Shown here in pieces: positions 1-9,926 of a DNA stretch of 64,000 nucleotides (position 1 is its first letter; each line of letters begins with the position of its first letter). A model generated the notes under the pieces. It saw nothing but the letters and a program-made list of their open reading frames with translations. It was not told the DNA's origin and searched no databases. Origin of the DNA: a bacterium (GTDB taxonomy: Archaea; Thermoplasmatota; Thermoplasmata; Lutacidiplasmatales; UBA184); assembly GCA_027309555.1 (NCBI GenBank), contig DAIDCO010000001.1, positions 13,036-77,035 of the forward strand, given 5' to 3'. Made by a program: the position numbers and the translations under genes.

Positions 1-2
1 TC

Positions 3-812
3 CTCGCCCGCAAGCTTCCCGAGGGACATCTGCAGGCGGTCGCCCTGCTCACGGTCGGACTCTCGCGCATCGAGGGGAGCCCCGAGGAGCAGGAGGTCGC
101 CGAGCGATTCCTCAAGGCGGCACGGCTCGTGCTCGGCCGCTCCCGTCGCTGGGAGCTCGACGCGCTCGCCGAGGACCTCGAGGCCCGACTGCTCGAAGCG
201 CGCGGCGACGCCCAGCGGGCCCGCGAGGTGCGCGAGCGCAGCCTTCCCGCGCTCGAGCGGATGCATCTCCTACCCCTCGAACTCTCCCAACAGCTCGGGA
301 TCGCGGAGATCCTGCTCGATCGCGAGGGCCCGAGGGACGTCGAGATCCCCCTCAAGCGGGCGCACGAGATCGTCGACACGTTGCACCTCTTGCCTCCGAG
401 TCCGGGACTCTTGCGGCTCTGGCTCCTCGAGGGCCGGTGGAACGCGGTCCAAGACCTCCCCGACGCGGCGCGCGAGCGGTGGGAGGCGATCGTCGATCTT
501 CCGGGACCGGCCTCGATCCCCCGGATCCGCGCCGAGGCGACCGTGCGGCTCGCGCTGCTCGAGCACGTCCATCGCCCCGAGCGTGGCCGCGCGCTCGCCG
601 AGGAGCTCCGCTCGCGCGAGCTCCTCGCGGCCCTGCCGGCGGGTTGGTCCGCCTGGGTGCGCGACCTCGCGACCCTCGCTCCGGCGAGCGAGAATGGCGG
701 GGCCCGGCTCCCTCCCGCGGTCAAAGGGCCGGCGCGCCCATCGTCACCCCAACGACGGGAACGCCCCCGGCGCGAGCCCGTAGGCAATCGTCAACGCGCC
801 CACGATCGTTAG
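3..812 (+). CDS. hypothetical helical-repeat protein (5' end outside window)
   Basis: The frame is open from nt 3, with no stop before the GTG at 129 used by the ORF track. Composition is L/A/R/E-rich and helical-repeat-like. No family recognised. The last ~70 nt overlap the convergent transporter gene. Confidence 0.4.
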   Translation, partial: LARKLPEGHLQAVALLTVGLSRIEGSPEEQEVAERFLKAARLVLGRSRRWELDALAEDLEARLLEARGDAQRAREVRERSLPALERMHLLPLELSQQLGIAEILLDREGPRDVEIPLKRAHEIVDTLHLLPPSPGLLRLWLLEGRWNAVQDLPDAARERWEAIVDLPGPASIPRIRAEATVRLALLEHVHRPERGRALAEELRSRELLAALPAGWSAWVRDLATLAPASENGGARLPPAVKGPARPSSPQRRERPRREPVGNRQRAHDR

Positions 813-1352
813 TACGACCACCACCACCCGATGGAGCAACCGGGGCGGGATCCGTCGGCCGATCCGCTGGCCGATGAGGACGTTCCACGCCGCGACCAGG
901 ACGAGCGCGGCCGAGCCCGCGGCGAGGACCACGAGCCAGCCCCAGTCGGGAACGAAGAGGATCATGAAGATCATCGTCGTATCCCCGAGCTCGAGCAGGG
1001 CGATCGTCACGAAGGCGGCGACAAAAGCGGAGCGCGCCCCTTCGCGCACGTGCGGCGCCTCCTCCTCCTCCGGATGGAAGAGCACCCAGACGGCGTACCC
1101 GATCAGGAAGACCCCGCCGCCGACGCGCACGAGGCCGATGTTCCCCGGACCGAGAGCGGCGATGAGCGCGACGCCGACGGTGACCGAGAGGACGCTCGTG
1201 AAAACGAACGCCGAGGCGGCGCCGCCCCACGTCCCGACGCCGTGGTGGCGCGCGGCGAGGGCGATCGTCGCGAAGCTCGTCCGGTCGAAGATCTCAAGCC
1301 CGCCGATCACGAGGAAGACGACGGCGAATCCCGTCGCGATCCCGAGGTCCAC
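744..1352 (-). CDS. UPF0016/GDT1-family cation (Ca2+/Mn2+) transporter
   Basis: A ~200-aa polytopic membrane protein with two copies of the family motif E-x-G-D-(K/R)-(T/S): EIFDRTS and ELGDTTM. Confidence 0.8.
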   Translation of the reverse strand: MDLGIATGFAVVFLVIGGLEIFDRTSFATIALAARHHGVGTWGGAASAFVFTSVLSVTVGVALIAALGPGNIGLVRVGGGVFLIGYAVWVLFHPEEEEAPHVREGARSAFVAAFVTIALLELGDTTMIFMILFVPDWGWLVVLAAGSAALVLVAAWNVLIGQRIGRRIPPRLLHRVVVVVLTIVGALTIAYGLAPGAFPSLG

Positions 1353-1368
1353 GGTCGAGCCCCCGCCG

Positions 1369-1833
1369 TCAGGCGAGGTGATGGAGGAAGTCGTCGAGCT
1401 CGCGCTCGCAGTAGACGCAGCTCAGGATCACCGGGCGCCGCGACGTGAGCTCGAACTCGCTCTCGATCGGCTCGGACTGGTTCGAGATGCAGTTCGCGTT
1501 CGGGCAACGGACGACCCCGACGATCCGCTCGGGAAGATCGACCGATCGCTTCTCCCGCACCTTGAAGTCGCGGATGATCGAGATCGTCGCGGTCGGCGCG
1601 ATGAGCGCGATCGCGTTGACCTTGCGCGGGGAGAGCTCCATGTTCTCGACCTTGACGATATCCTTCCAACCGATCTTGTTCGACCGCACGTGAAGGGCGA
1701 CGCTCACCGTCGAATCCTTGTCGAGGGTCTGGGCCCCGATGATGCGAAGGACCTCGAGGGCCAGGCCGTTCGTGATGTGATCGATGACCGTCCCGTTCGT
1801 GATCGGGGTGATCTTGAGCCCGCGCGCCGACAT
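1369..1833 (-). CDS. pyrI: aspartate carbamoyltransferase regulatory subunit
   Basis: N-terminus LKITPITNGTVIDHI and a C-terminal Zn domain (CPNANC...CVYCE). Its start abuts the pyrB stop. Confidence 0.95.
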   Translation of the reverse strand: MSARGLKITPITNGTVIDHITNGLALEVLRIIGAQTLDKDSTVSVALHVRSNKIGWKDIVKVENMELSPRKVNAIALIAPTATISIIRDFKVREKRSVDLPERIVGVVRCPNANCISNQSEPIESEFELTSRRPVILSCVYCERELDDFLHHLA

Positions 1834-2769
1834 TTAGTCCCCCTTCCGTCCGCCCAGGATCATGTCGAGGAGCGCCATCCGGACCGGCACCGCGAGGGCC
1901 GCCTGCCGGAAGTACACCGCGTGGGGGGTCGAGTCGACCTCGGGCGCGATCTCGCCGGCTCGGGGGAGCGGATGCATCACCGCGAGGCGCGGCTTCGCAT
2001 CGGCGAGGACCGAGGCGTCGACCCGGTAGGACCCGGCCACCCTCCGGTACTCTGATTCGTCCCCGAACCGCTCCTTCTGGATGCGGGTCACGTAGAGGAC
2101 GTCGGCGTCCCGGATCGCCTCGTGAAGGTCGGCCTGCTCGCGGACCTTCGCGCCCATGTGCTCGAGCTGCCGTCGCGCTTGGGCGGGCAGGCCGAGCGCC
2201 GGGGGGCTCGTGAGGACGATATCGCTGCCGAACAGGGCGATCGCGTGCGCGAGCGAGTGCACGGTGCGTCCGAACTTGAGGTCGCCCAAGAGGACCACCC
2301 GGAGGCCGCTCAGGGTCCCGAACGCCTCCTGCATGGTCGCAAGATCGAGGAGCGTCTGCGTCGGGTGCTGGCCCGAGCCGTCTCCGGCGTTCAGCACCGG
2401 ACGGTCCGAGGCGCGGGCGGCGAGTCGGGCGGAGCCCTCGTTCGGATGTCGGATCACGATCGCGTCGGCATAGGAGCCCAGCATCCGGATCGTGTCGTGC
2501 AGGCTCTCCCCCTTGCGCATCGAAGTGACCGACGCGTCGGCGATCGTGATGCAGCTGCCCCCGAGACGCTGGACGGCCGCCTCGAAGGAGAGGCGCGTGC
2601 GGGTCGACGGTTCGAAGAACGCCATCGCCACGATCTTGTGATCGAGCGAGTGGGAGACCTTCGCGCCCCCCGCATACGGGACCATCCTCTTCGCGGCGGC
2701 GAGGACGTCCTCGATCTCCTCTCGCGACAGGTCCCGGATCGAGATCAGGTCGCGACCGTGGAGCGACAT
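1834..2769 (-). CDS. pyrB: aspartate carbamoyltransferase catalytic subunit
   Basis: Contains the STRTR, HPTQ and HPLPR motifs. Length is 311 aa. It lies immediately upstream of pyrI. Confidence 0.97.
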   Translation of the reverse strand: MSLHGRDLISIRDLSREEIEDVLAAAKRMVPYAGGAKVSHSLDHKIVAMAFFEPSTRTRLSFEAAVQRLGGSCITIADASVTSMRKGESLHDTIRMLGSYADAIVIRHPNEGSARLAARASDRPVLNAGDGSGQHPTQTLLDLATMQEAFGTLSGLRVVLLGDLKFGRTVHSLAHAIALFGSDIVLTSPPALGLPAQARRQLEHMGAKVREQADLHEAIRDADVLYVTRIQKERFGDESEYRRVAGSYRVDASVLADAKPRLAVMHPLPRAGEIAPEVDSTPHAVYFRQAALAVPVRMALLDMILGGRKGD

Positions 2770-2891
2770 CCGGCGCGCGGAAGGGGGCCCTGGTTTATGC
2801 GCTTATCTCCGCCGGTACGCGAAACCGCTAGAGGCCGGTCGCCCCTCGCCCCCCGACGCCCGGTCTCCGCAACCCCTATGGCCCGAGCCGG

Positions 2892-3830
2892 ATGGGTCTC
2901 GCCGTGGCCCGGATCTCCTGGTCGTGGACGACCCGGTTCCTCTTCCTGTTCGTTGGGGTAGTGTGGGGGTTCAACTTCCTCTTCATCCGCGTGGCCCTCG
3001 CCGACGCGAGCCCCCTGTGGCTCTCCTTCCTACGGGCTGCGGTGGGTGCCGCCGCGACCGCGGTCGTGATCACGCCGTTCGAGGGTTGGCACCAGCTCGA
3101 CGTTCGGGGCAAACGGGACGCGCTCCTGCTCGGGATCCCGAACACGATGGCGTTCTACGCGCTCCTGTTCGTCGCGGTCGAGTCGATCCTCCCAGGGGTC
3201 GCCGCCGTGCTCACCTATACGTTCCCTCTTTGGGTAGCCCTCCTCTCCCCGGTCGTACTGGGCCATCGCCTCGGCGTTCGCCACTGGGCCGCGGTCGGCG
3301 CCGGCTTTCTCGGCGTAGCGCTCATCTCCCAGGCGTGGTCCTCGGTCGCCTCCCAGGTGTCGCTCGTTCCGGTGCTCGAGGTGCTGGGAGCCGCGGTCTC
3401 CTGGGCGATCGGCACCGTGGTCTTCCAGCGACGTTTTCCCCGACACCAGATGCTCGAGGCGAACGCGTACCAGCTGATCGGAGGGACCGTGGGGCTCGCG
3501 ATCCTGGTCGCGGCATTCGCGCCGGTCCCATTGCCCCGCGCGTCGTGGACCCTCGGGCTGAGCCTGGTCTGGCTGGGCGTTCTCGGGACGGCGCTCGCGT
3601 ACTCGATCTGGTTCGACCTGCTCGGCCGTACGAAGGCCGCGACGCTCTCGGCCTACGCGTTCATCGTCCCGGTCGTAGCTCTCCTCGGCTCGGTCGTGTT
3701 CTTCGGGGAGCGGCTCTCCCTATTCCAGCTCGGCGGCGTAGGGCTCATCCTCGTGAGCATCTACGGCATCGGCCGGGCCGCCGCCTCGATGCCGACCGAG
3801 GACCGGGCCGTCGCACCACCCGAGGGCTGA
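2892..3830 (+). CDS. EamA/DMT-family transporter
   Basis: A ~10-TM protein with two EamA-like halves and typical DMT hydrophobic repeat organisation. Confidence 0.8.
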   Translation: MGLAVARISWSWTTRFLFLFVGVVWGFNFLFIRVALADASPLWLSFLRAAVGAAATAVVITPFEGWHQLDVRGKRDALLLGIPNTMAFYALLFVAVESILPGVAAVLTYTFPLWVALLSPVVLGHRLGVRHWAAVGAGFLGVALISQAWSSVASQVSLVPVLEVLGAAVSWAIGTVVFQRRFPRHQMLEANAYQLIGGTVGLAILVAAFAPVPLPRASWTLGLSLVWLGVLGTALAYSIWFDLLGRTKAATLSAYAFIVPVVALLGSVVFFGERLSLFQLGGVGLILVSIYGIGRAAASMPTEDRAVAPPEG

Positions 3831-3941
3831 CGTCTCGGCCCGTCGCTCTCCGAGCGCCCGGTACCGCCGAGCGTCGTGCTCGGAGACGCGCCTCGGATGC
3901 CGCGAAGCCCCACCGATTACGGGCGGTGCCGGCGCGCGGAG

Positions 3942-5009
3942 TCAGTGCGCGGCGTCCGATCCAAGGAATCCCAGTTGCTCGAGCGGCAGCGCCTCGACCC
4001 GGTGGTCTTCGAAGCCCACCATCGGTTCGGCCGCGACCAAGCAGTTCACGATCGCTTCGTCGGTCGCCTGCACGACGGCTTCGAACAGGGGGTCGAGGGC
4101 GTCGTTCGGAAGCGCCTCCAATCTCTCGAGCGGGGAGCCGCCCCGTTCGCGCCTCGCGGTCGAGAACGCGAGGAAGAAGTCCCCCGAGGCGTTTCCCGAG
4201 ATGCTGCCCGAGCGAGCGAGGCCGAGACCGGCCCGTCGCGCCAGCCGACGCAACTGATGAGGCAACATCGGCGCATCGGTGGCCACGAAGACCAGGATCG
4301 ACCCCGCTTCGGGTCGGGGAGAAGGCCCGAGGGCCCGACCAACGGGCTGGCCGGCGATCCGGAGCTGCTCGCGGCGGCCATGGTTCGCCTGGACGAGCAC
4401 TCCGACCTGATACGGACCGGGAACCTCGAGCACTCGGGACGCCGAGCCCATCCCGCCTTTGAACCCGTAGCAGATGGCGGCCGTCCCTCCCCCCACGCTC
4501 CCTTCCGCGACGGGGCCCGGTCGGGCCGAGTCGAGCGCCTCGCGGACGTGCTCTTCGTTGAGGTGGCGGCCGCGGACGTCGTGAAGATAGCCGTCCCAGG
4601 TCTCGCCGACCACCGGGAGCGCCCACGCTCCGGGAGGCAGCCCGTGTTCCCGCATCCATCGCACGAGACCGTCCCGCACCAGGCCCACGCCATCGGTGGC
4701 CGTGGAGGCGATCGGTCCCAACAGCTCACCGGACTCCTCGACCCACGCCGCACCGGTCAGTTCGCCATTTCCGTTCAGGGTCGCGAGCCCCGCGAACACG
4801 GGACCGAGGTCCCTCGGCCCTTGGGGGAAGATCGTCGTGACCCCGGTACGCACCCAATGGCGACGGTCGGCAGGGATCGAGGTCGCGGGGCGTACCGTGA
4901 CCTGGCCTACCTCGACCCCCGGCACGTCCGTGATCGCGTTCCACGGACCGGGGGTCCCGTCGAAGGGGATCCCGCGATCCCGGGCCCTCGGTCGCATGAC
5001 TTCGGGCAT
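3942..5009 (-). CDS. DmpA/P1 (S58)-family aminopeptidase
   Basis: NAITDVPGVEVGQ near the N-terminus and a GGTAAICYGFKGGMGSAS block, both typical of the L-aminopeptidase/D-esterase family. Confidence 0.75.
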   Translation of the reverse strand: MPEVMRPRARDRGIPFDGTPGPWNAITDVPGVEVGQVTVRPATSIPADRRHWVRTGVTTIFPQGPRDLGPVFAGLATLNGNGELTGAAWVEESGELLGPIASTATDGVGLVRDGLVRWMREHGLPPGAWALPVVGETWDGYLHDVRGRHLNEEHVREALDSARPGPVAEGSVGGGTAAICYGFKGGMGSASRVLEVPGPYQVGVLVQANHGRREQLRIAGQPVGRALGPSPRPEAGSILVFVATDAPMLPHQLRRLARRAGLGLARSGSISGNASGDFFLAFSTARRERGGSPLERLEALPNDALDPLFEAVVQATDEAIVNCLVAAEPMVGFEDHRVEALPLEQLGFLGSDAAH

Positions 5010-5122
5010 CCGTCGCGACTCAATAGACCCACCTGAGGCCGGTTCTGTCCCTTTTCGGACGTTGAAGGCTCCCCGTCGGGGTGCGTATCACAACGGCCGG
5101 TCACACGTTAGGAGCGTGCCCC

Positions 5123-5479
5123 CTACTCTTCCCTGGGGACCTTGGCCTTCTCCAGCCGACGAAGAAGGGGGGGTGCTTCCTCCGTTGCGACGTCCCACAC
5201 GACCTGTCGGCTCGCCGTAGTATAGTCGTGGGTGAGCAGTTGGCGAACCTCGCCGATACGGTATCTCTTGATTGGCGGGTTCGCGCTCCAGAAGGAAACA
5301 CCGAGCCGATTATTCGACTCGAAGGCCTTCCACAGTTCCGCCTCAACGGCAACGGAAAGAACAGGGTCTTCCTCGGCGAAGAACTCATCACGGCCCCGCT
5401 TGGCATAGCCGATCGCCTTCTGCAAGTGCTCGATGCCGAGAGCGAGGTTGGTTTGATTTGATGCGGGTCCGGTCTTCAC
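5123..5479 (-). CDS. HepT-like HEPN (DUF86) toxin
   Basis: C-terminal R-x4-H-x-Y motif (RQLLTHDY). The GTG start overlaps the upstream MNT stop by 4 nt (GTGA). The long N-terminal extension in the ORF track (to 5938) is rejected. Confidence 0.7.
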   Translation of the reverse strand: MKTGPASNQTNLALGIEHLQKAIGYAKRGRDEFFAEEDPVLSVAVEAELWKAFESNNRLGVSFWSANPPIKRYRIGEVRQLLTHDYTTASRQVVWDVATEEAPPLLRRLEKAKVPREE

Positions 5480-5901
5480 AGAGGAACCGCCTCCGTGACA
5501 ACTTGTGGTTGAACGAGCCAGAAGAGGTCGTCCTCCGCCGCCGGATCCACCCTTCGCTCGAGGGTTTCGGCGAGTGCCATAGCGAGGTCGAATTGCCGGA
5601 ACCTGCGACCCTTGGCCCGGTCGATGAGATTGTCGACATCGCTCTCCGCCGTTGCTTCCTTCCGCGCGACGGACCCGAAGATGCGGACGTTCGTTGCGCC
5701 GTGTAGTCGTGCGAGACGGAAAACTCTCGCCCGCTTCGTTCCGATTACTTCCCTGATTCCTAGCCCGGAGCCGCCGGTGGGAACCCGAGTCTTTGGGAAC
5801 CAGTAGAACGGGGACTTGCACCGGGCGCAGATGCGTACTCGGGACCGGCGGGGGGTCCATACATACCCGCAGCGGTAGCAGTGTGCCTCTTCCCGCGTCA
5901 T
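5476..5901 (-). CDS. MNT-type nucleotidyltransferase antitoxin with N-terminal zinc ribbon
   Basis: NTase motif FGSVARKEATAESDVD, preceded by CYRC-x16-CARC. ATG at 5901 (MTREEAH). The upstream part of the 238-aa ORF is low-complexity. Confidence 0.75.
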   Translation of the reverse strand: MTREEAHCYRCGYVWTPRRSRVRICARCKSPFYWFPKTRVPTGGSGLGIREVIGTKRARVFRLARLHGATNVRIFGSVARKEATAESDVDNLIDRAKGRRFRQFDLAMALAETLERRVDPAAEDDLFWLVQPQVVTEAVPL

Positions 5902-6196
5902 TCTCTCGGCCCAGGTAAGAAAACGAGGTAGGATACACTTACCTAGGATGAGGCTCGGTCGCGTTTCGGCTGACGAGACCGGCGAGCCGAATGGTCCCGC
6001 CCTCGCCGAAGGAGGGACCACCGGACGATTCGGGGTGGGGACCCCTTGGGCCCGAGCAGCGCGGGAGGGATGCAGAGGCCCCCGGCACTCCCCGGGCCGC
6101 CGGGGGAACGCGAGCCGCGGGTTCTTAACGGGGGCCCGCATCGCCCTTCCCGTGCCCGACGCCCCGTCGCCCGAAGTCCCGAGCCTCCCCACGACG

Positions 6197-6772
6197 ATGG
6201 CCGCGTCACCCGGGCCGCTCGACCTTGACCTGAGGGCGGAGGCTCGCCAACTGGTGCGGGGCCACCTTCCGACGACCGGAGTGGGACTTGGGTTCGGCGC
6301 GGTCTTCGTCGGGGTCGGGAGCTACGAGCTCTCCACGAACGGCCTCCAGGCTCCGGTGATCGACCTGGTCGTCGCGGGGCTCTTGATCGTGCTCGGCCTC
6401 CTACTGGCCACCCTTAGTCTCCGGGCCGGGCTGCTCGACCCCATCGTGCGGATCCAGTTGGACGGTTCCGGCGTGCGCCTCCAGCGGCGATGGAGGAACG
6501 CCGAAGTGCTTTTCCCCTGGAAGGACCCGGCGCTCGACCTTGAGCTCGAAGATCCGGCCCCGGACCCGGCCGTGCCTCCGGAGAACAAGCGCCACGTCTT
6601 CTTCACGGTCTCCTCCTCCCTCTACGGGAGCCTCGACCGGGCGCAGTGCGGACCGCTGTTCGACGCGGCCCGTGCGCACGGTCTTCGGGTGCGGATGTGG
6701 AACGATCGGTTCCGCGCGGGCCGCCAGGACCGAGTGGTACGACGGATCCGCATCTCCTCGTCCGACGCGTAG
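6197..6772 (+). CDS. hypothetical membrane protein (2 TM plus PH-like C-terminal domain)
   Basis: ATG at 6197 (MAASPGPLD). Two hydrophobic helices are followed by a soluble domain. The upstream 83 codons of the ORF look non-coding. Confidence 0.5.
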   Translation: MAASPGPLDLDLRAEARQLVRGHLPTTGVGLGFGAVFVGVGSYELSTNGLQAPVIDLVVAGLLIVLGLLLATLSLRAGLLDPIVRIQLDGSGVRLQRRWRNAEVLFPWKDPALDLELEDPAPDPAVPPENKRHVFFTVSSSLYGSLDRAQCGPLFDAARAHGLRVRMWNDRFRAGRQDRVVRRIRISSSDA

Positions 6773-6824
6773 GACGAGAGATGGGGATTTGTAGGTCGAC
6801 CCGCTCGCCCCGATAGAGGAAGCG

Positions 6825-7670
6825 ATGGTCGCGCCGGGCGAACGAATGGCGCCCGAGAAGTTCTGGGAGCGGGTCCGCTCGGAGTTCGGGCACCGCTATC
6901 CGGGCTTCCACGACGAGGCGCCCACCGACCCGCCGACCGGTCAACGGCGGAAGCGGACCTCCCCGTCCGTGGTCGGCAACTTTGCGGGGCGACTCTGGGA
7001 GATCGGCTTCCGGGAGCCCCGCGTGCTCGCCCCGGATCTCCAGATCGGATTCACGACGGCGGCCCGCCTAGTCGAGCCGGCCCAGATGCTCTCCCAGTGG
7101 CTCCCGTGGGTCTACGCGGGCGAACGACCTCGCGTGCTCTCGAAGAACGTCTTTGACTTCGACCGCATCATCATGCGCTACCGGCGCCGGGAGGGCCACT
7201 TCAAGGGCACCCTGACGGGGGACCCCGAGCTCGACCGTCGGTGGGGGATCTACCCCTACCTCGACGAGGCCGGGGAGGTCTTTCGAGAAGAAGAGGTCCG
7301 GGCGGTTCTACGGCTTTCCGCTCGGCTCTCGCCGAACCCCAAGAGCGCGATCCCGACGCTGGCGGTGTTCGGGACCGAGGCGACCCTCACCCTGCTCGTC
7401 GACCCCCTTCCGGGCCACGTACCTGAGCTCACGTCGGCGTTCGAGGGGTTCAGCCGCATCCTAGACCGCCTCGAGGTTCGGCTGGGGTCCACCTCGGCCC
7501 GCCAGCGGCCGATCGAGATGGACATCGTTCGCGACGAGTTCGGTGGGCCGTTCCCGGTGGCGCGCTTCGAGTGCCCGGTCTGCCGAGTGCCGACCCACCC
7601 CCGCTATCAAGCGAACCTCGAGACCGAGGTCTGCGAGAAGTGCGGGAAGATGTTGTACCGGTGGACCTGA
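6825..7670 (+). CDS. hypothetical protein with C-terminal zinc ribbon
   Basis: A 281-aa ORF with protein-like composition, ending CPVC-x17-CEKC. No family recognised. Confidence 0.5.
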   Translation: MVAPGERMAPEKFWERVRSEFGHRYPGFHDEAPTDPPTGQRRKRTSPSVVGNFAGRLWEIGFREPRVLAPDLQIGFTTAARLVEPAQMLSQWLPWVYAGERPRVLSKNVFDFDRIIMRYRRREGHFKGTLTGDPELDRRWGIYPYLDEAGEVFREEEVRAVLRLSARLSPNPKSAIPTLAVFGTEATLTLLVDPLPGHVPELTSAFEGFSRILDRLEVRLGSTSARQRPIEMDIVRDEFGGPFPVARFECPVCRVPTHPRYQANLETEVCEKCGKMLYRWT

Positions 7671-7765
7671 CCGCGACAGGGGGTCCGACGACCCTCACCG
7701 CGAGCAATCGCGGTGGGCCCGACCGGCCCAAAGGAAAGGGTTTGGGGGCAGGGCGCACTCCGGCC

Positions 7766-9811
7766 CTACGCGGGCGGGCTCTGCGAGATTCCCGGGGCCT
7801 CGACGAGTCCCGCTTCTTCCTCTTCCTCGGCCTTGATCACTCCGCCTTCCGCTACGACCGCCTTGAGCTCATCGGTCTCGAAGGCCGAGAGGGCCGCCCA
7901 AACGAAGAACACGGCACCGAGGATCACCGCGAGGATCGTTCCATCGGGGAAGAGATTGACGTTCCCCGCGCTCGGGTACCCCGTGGGGCCGAACTCCGTG
8001 AAGTACGAGAGTAGATAGAACGCGAAGGTCCACACCGGTACCCAGAACGCCGCAGAGATGTGCTTCTTGAACTGGGGCTTGACCATCACCCACAGGAGGA
8101 GCGGCATCCCGATCGTGAGCGCGCCGAAGATCCCGAAGTAGAGCGCGTCGGTGGACCCGTTCGTCGCCGACCAGATGAAGTTGTTCGGGACGCTCTGACC
8201 GCCGTTATACATGGGCCCGAAGTACGCGAGGACCCCGAGGACGATGAACGTCAGGATCGCCAGTCCGACGGTGGCCCCGCGATCGAGCCCCATCTTGAGG
8301 GGGGCCGCATAGAGGAGGTAGAGGCCGATCCCGAGGTAGATGGCGATCAGCACCCAAGTGATGGTGCCGAACCCGCTCCAGAAGAGGACGAGGGCCGACG
8401 CGATGAACGATGCGCCCGCGAGGATCCATGGCGCGGGAAGTCGGAACGGCCGATGCAGGCCTCCCGCGTACTTCCGGAACGCCGGTATGATCGCCCCGCC
8501 CGTAACGTAGGTGAGGGCGCTCGTGCTCGAGATGAATCCGACCAACTCGTACCAGCTCGGCAAAGGAGCGAGGAATGCTATTCCCAGTACCAAGGAAACG
8601 AGGAGCGCGACCCAGGGGATGCGGAACCGGTCGTGGATCGCGTGGAGGCCCCGCGGGAAGTACCCCTCGATCGAGAGCCCGTACAGCGTTCGGGTCGACG
8701 TCCCCAGGTACACCCAGCCGGTCCCCGAAGGAGAGAGCCAGGAATCAAAGAGGAGGACCGCGGCAAAGAACGCGAACCAGGCTCCGGCGCCGGAGGCGAC
8801 CGCATACTTGAGGGGCAGCGTCCCCCAATTGCTGAGCGAAAGTGCCGACCAATCCCCTTTGACGATCGGGACGCTCACGCCGCTCGCGATGGCGGCCGGA
8901 GTGCACCCGGGATAAAGTCCCAGGTTGGCCATGCTGTTCGAGCACGTGACGGTGATGTTCGCCCAGTCGATGGCGCCGATGTACGACAGCTGCAGCAGCG
9001 TGTAGATCCCGATGGCAAGGAGCACGGCCCCGATCGTCGCGACCGGGATGTCCTTCTGCGGATTCTTCGCCTCTCCGCCGTACTCGAGCCCCTGACGGAA
9101 ACCGAGGTACGCGAAGAAGACACCCGAGGTGGGGATCGCGAGGAACGTGTTAGCGGTTCCGAGCGGGAAGAACGCCGAAGAGCCTCCCGGGGCGCCCGGG
9201 AGGGGAGCGAGATTGAAGTTCCCCGACCGAAACAGGCTGAACAGCGTGATGAACGTGATGATCGGGATGGCGATCTTCCACGCCGTGACGTAGGTGTTCG
9301 TCTTCCCGAGCAGTCGAATCCCGCCGTAGTTCAGGAAGAAGAAGACGACCATGAGAAGGGCGGCGAAGAGGATCCCGAGGGCATTGAGCTCCTCGACGGG
9401 AGTGCCGAGGAACGTTCCCGAAGTGGTGAGCGAGCTGGTGAAGCTCGGATTGACCGAGGCGATACCGAAGAGCACTCCTTCGACTTCGATCGGCGGAACT
9501 GTGACGGCGGTCAGGAAGTAGGCCCAACCGAACGTGAAGCCGGTGTAGCTCCCATGGCTCCAGAACGGATACCGGACGATCGCTCCCGAACGTGGCGCCA
9601 TCGCCGAGATCTCGGCCCAGGCCAACGCGACGAACAGGACGAGGATACCCCCGACGACCCACGAGAGGATCGCCGAAGGCCCCGCGGTGTACACGGCCTT
9701 GTTGACCCCGAAGAGCCAGCCGGAGCCGATGATACCGCCCATCGACAGGCCCAGGAGGTCGTATACGGTCAGCGCACGTCGCAGCTTCCGGTCCGGATTA
9801 GATGCCGCCAT
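7766..9811 (-). CDS. APC-superfamily amino acid permease
   Basis: N-terminal LTVYDLLGLSMGGIIGSGWLFG signature region and more than 12 TM segments. Long 681-aa form with a C-terminal acidic tail. Confidence 0.85.
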   Translation of the reverse strand: MAASNPDRKLRRALTVYDLLGLSMGGIIGSGWLFGVNKAVYTAGPSAILSWVVGGILVLFVALAWAEISAMAPRSGAIVRYPFWSHGSYTGFTFGWAYFLTAVTVPPIEVEGVLFGIASVNPSFTSSLTTSGTFLGTPVEELNALGILFAALLMVVFFFLNYGGIRLLGKTNTYVTAWKIAIPIITFITLFSLFRSGNFNLAPLPGAPGGSSAFFPLGTANTFLAIPTSGVFFAYLGFRQGLEYGGEAKNPQKDIPVATIGAVLLAIGIYTLLQLSYIGAIDWANITVTCSNSMANLGLYPGCTPAAIASGVSVPIVKGDWSALSLSNWGTLPLKYAVASGAGAWFAFFAAVLLFDSWLSPSGTGWVYLGTSTRTLYGLSIEGYFPRGLHAIHDRFRIPWVALLVSLVLGIAFLAPLPSWYELVGFISSTSALTYVTGGAIIPAFRKYAGGLHRPFRLPAPWILAGASFIASALVLFWSGFGTITWVLIAIYLGIGLYLLYAAPLKMGLDRGATVGLAILTFIVLGVLAYFGPMYNGGQSVPNNFIWSATNGSTDALYFGIFGALTIGMPLLLWVMVKPQFKKHISAAFWVPVWTFAFYLLSYFTEFGPTGYPSAGNVNLFPDGTILAVILGAVFFVWAALSAFETDELKAVVAEGGVIKAEEEEEAGLVEAPGISQSPPA

Positions 9812-9926
9812 GCTCGCCTAAGCCTGTCACGGCGTAACACGGTAGTGGTATTAAAATCGCACGAAAGCGCCAGTTCCGCGAAAAGGCGGCCTCATAAGCC
9901 CCAGAGCGCTTGAACCCTGCGGAATC

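Noticed and set aside
5948-6196. N-terminal 83 codons of ORF 5948-6772, and likewise 5902-6192 of ORF 5476-6192
   Set aside because: Both are G/R/P-rich and non-protein-like, they overlap each other divergently, and internal ATGs (6197 and 5901) give sensible domain starts.
8060-9913. 617-aa plus-strand ORF opposite the APC permease
   Set aside because: It is a highly charged R/E/D-rich antisense translation of a clear membrane transporter gene.
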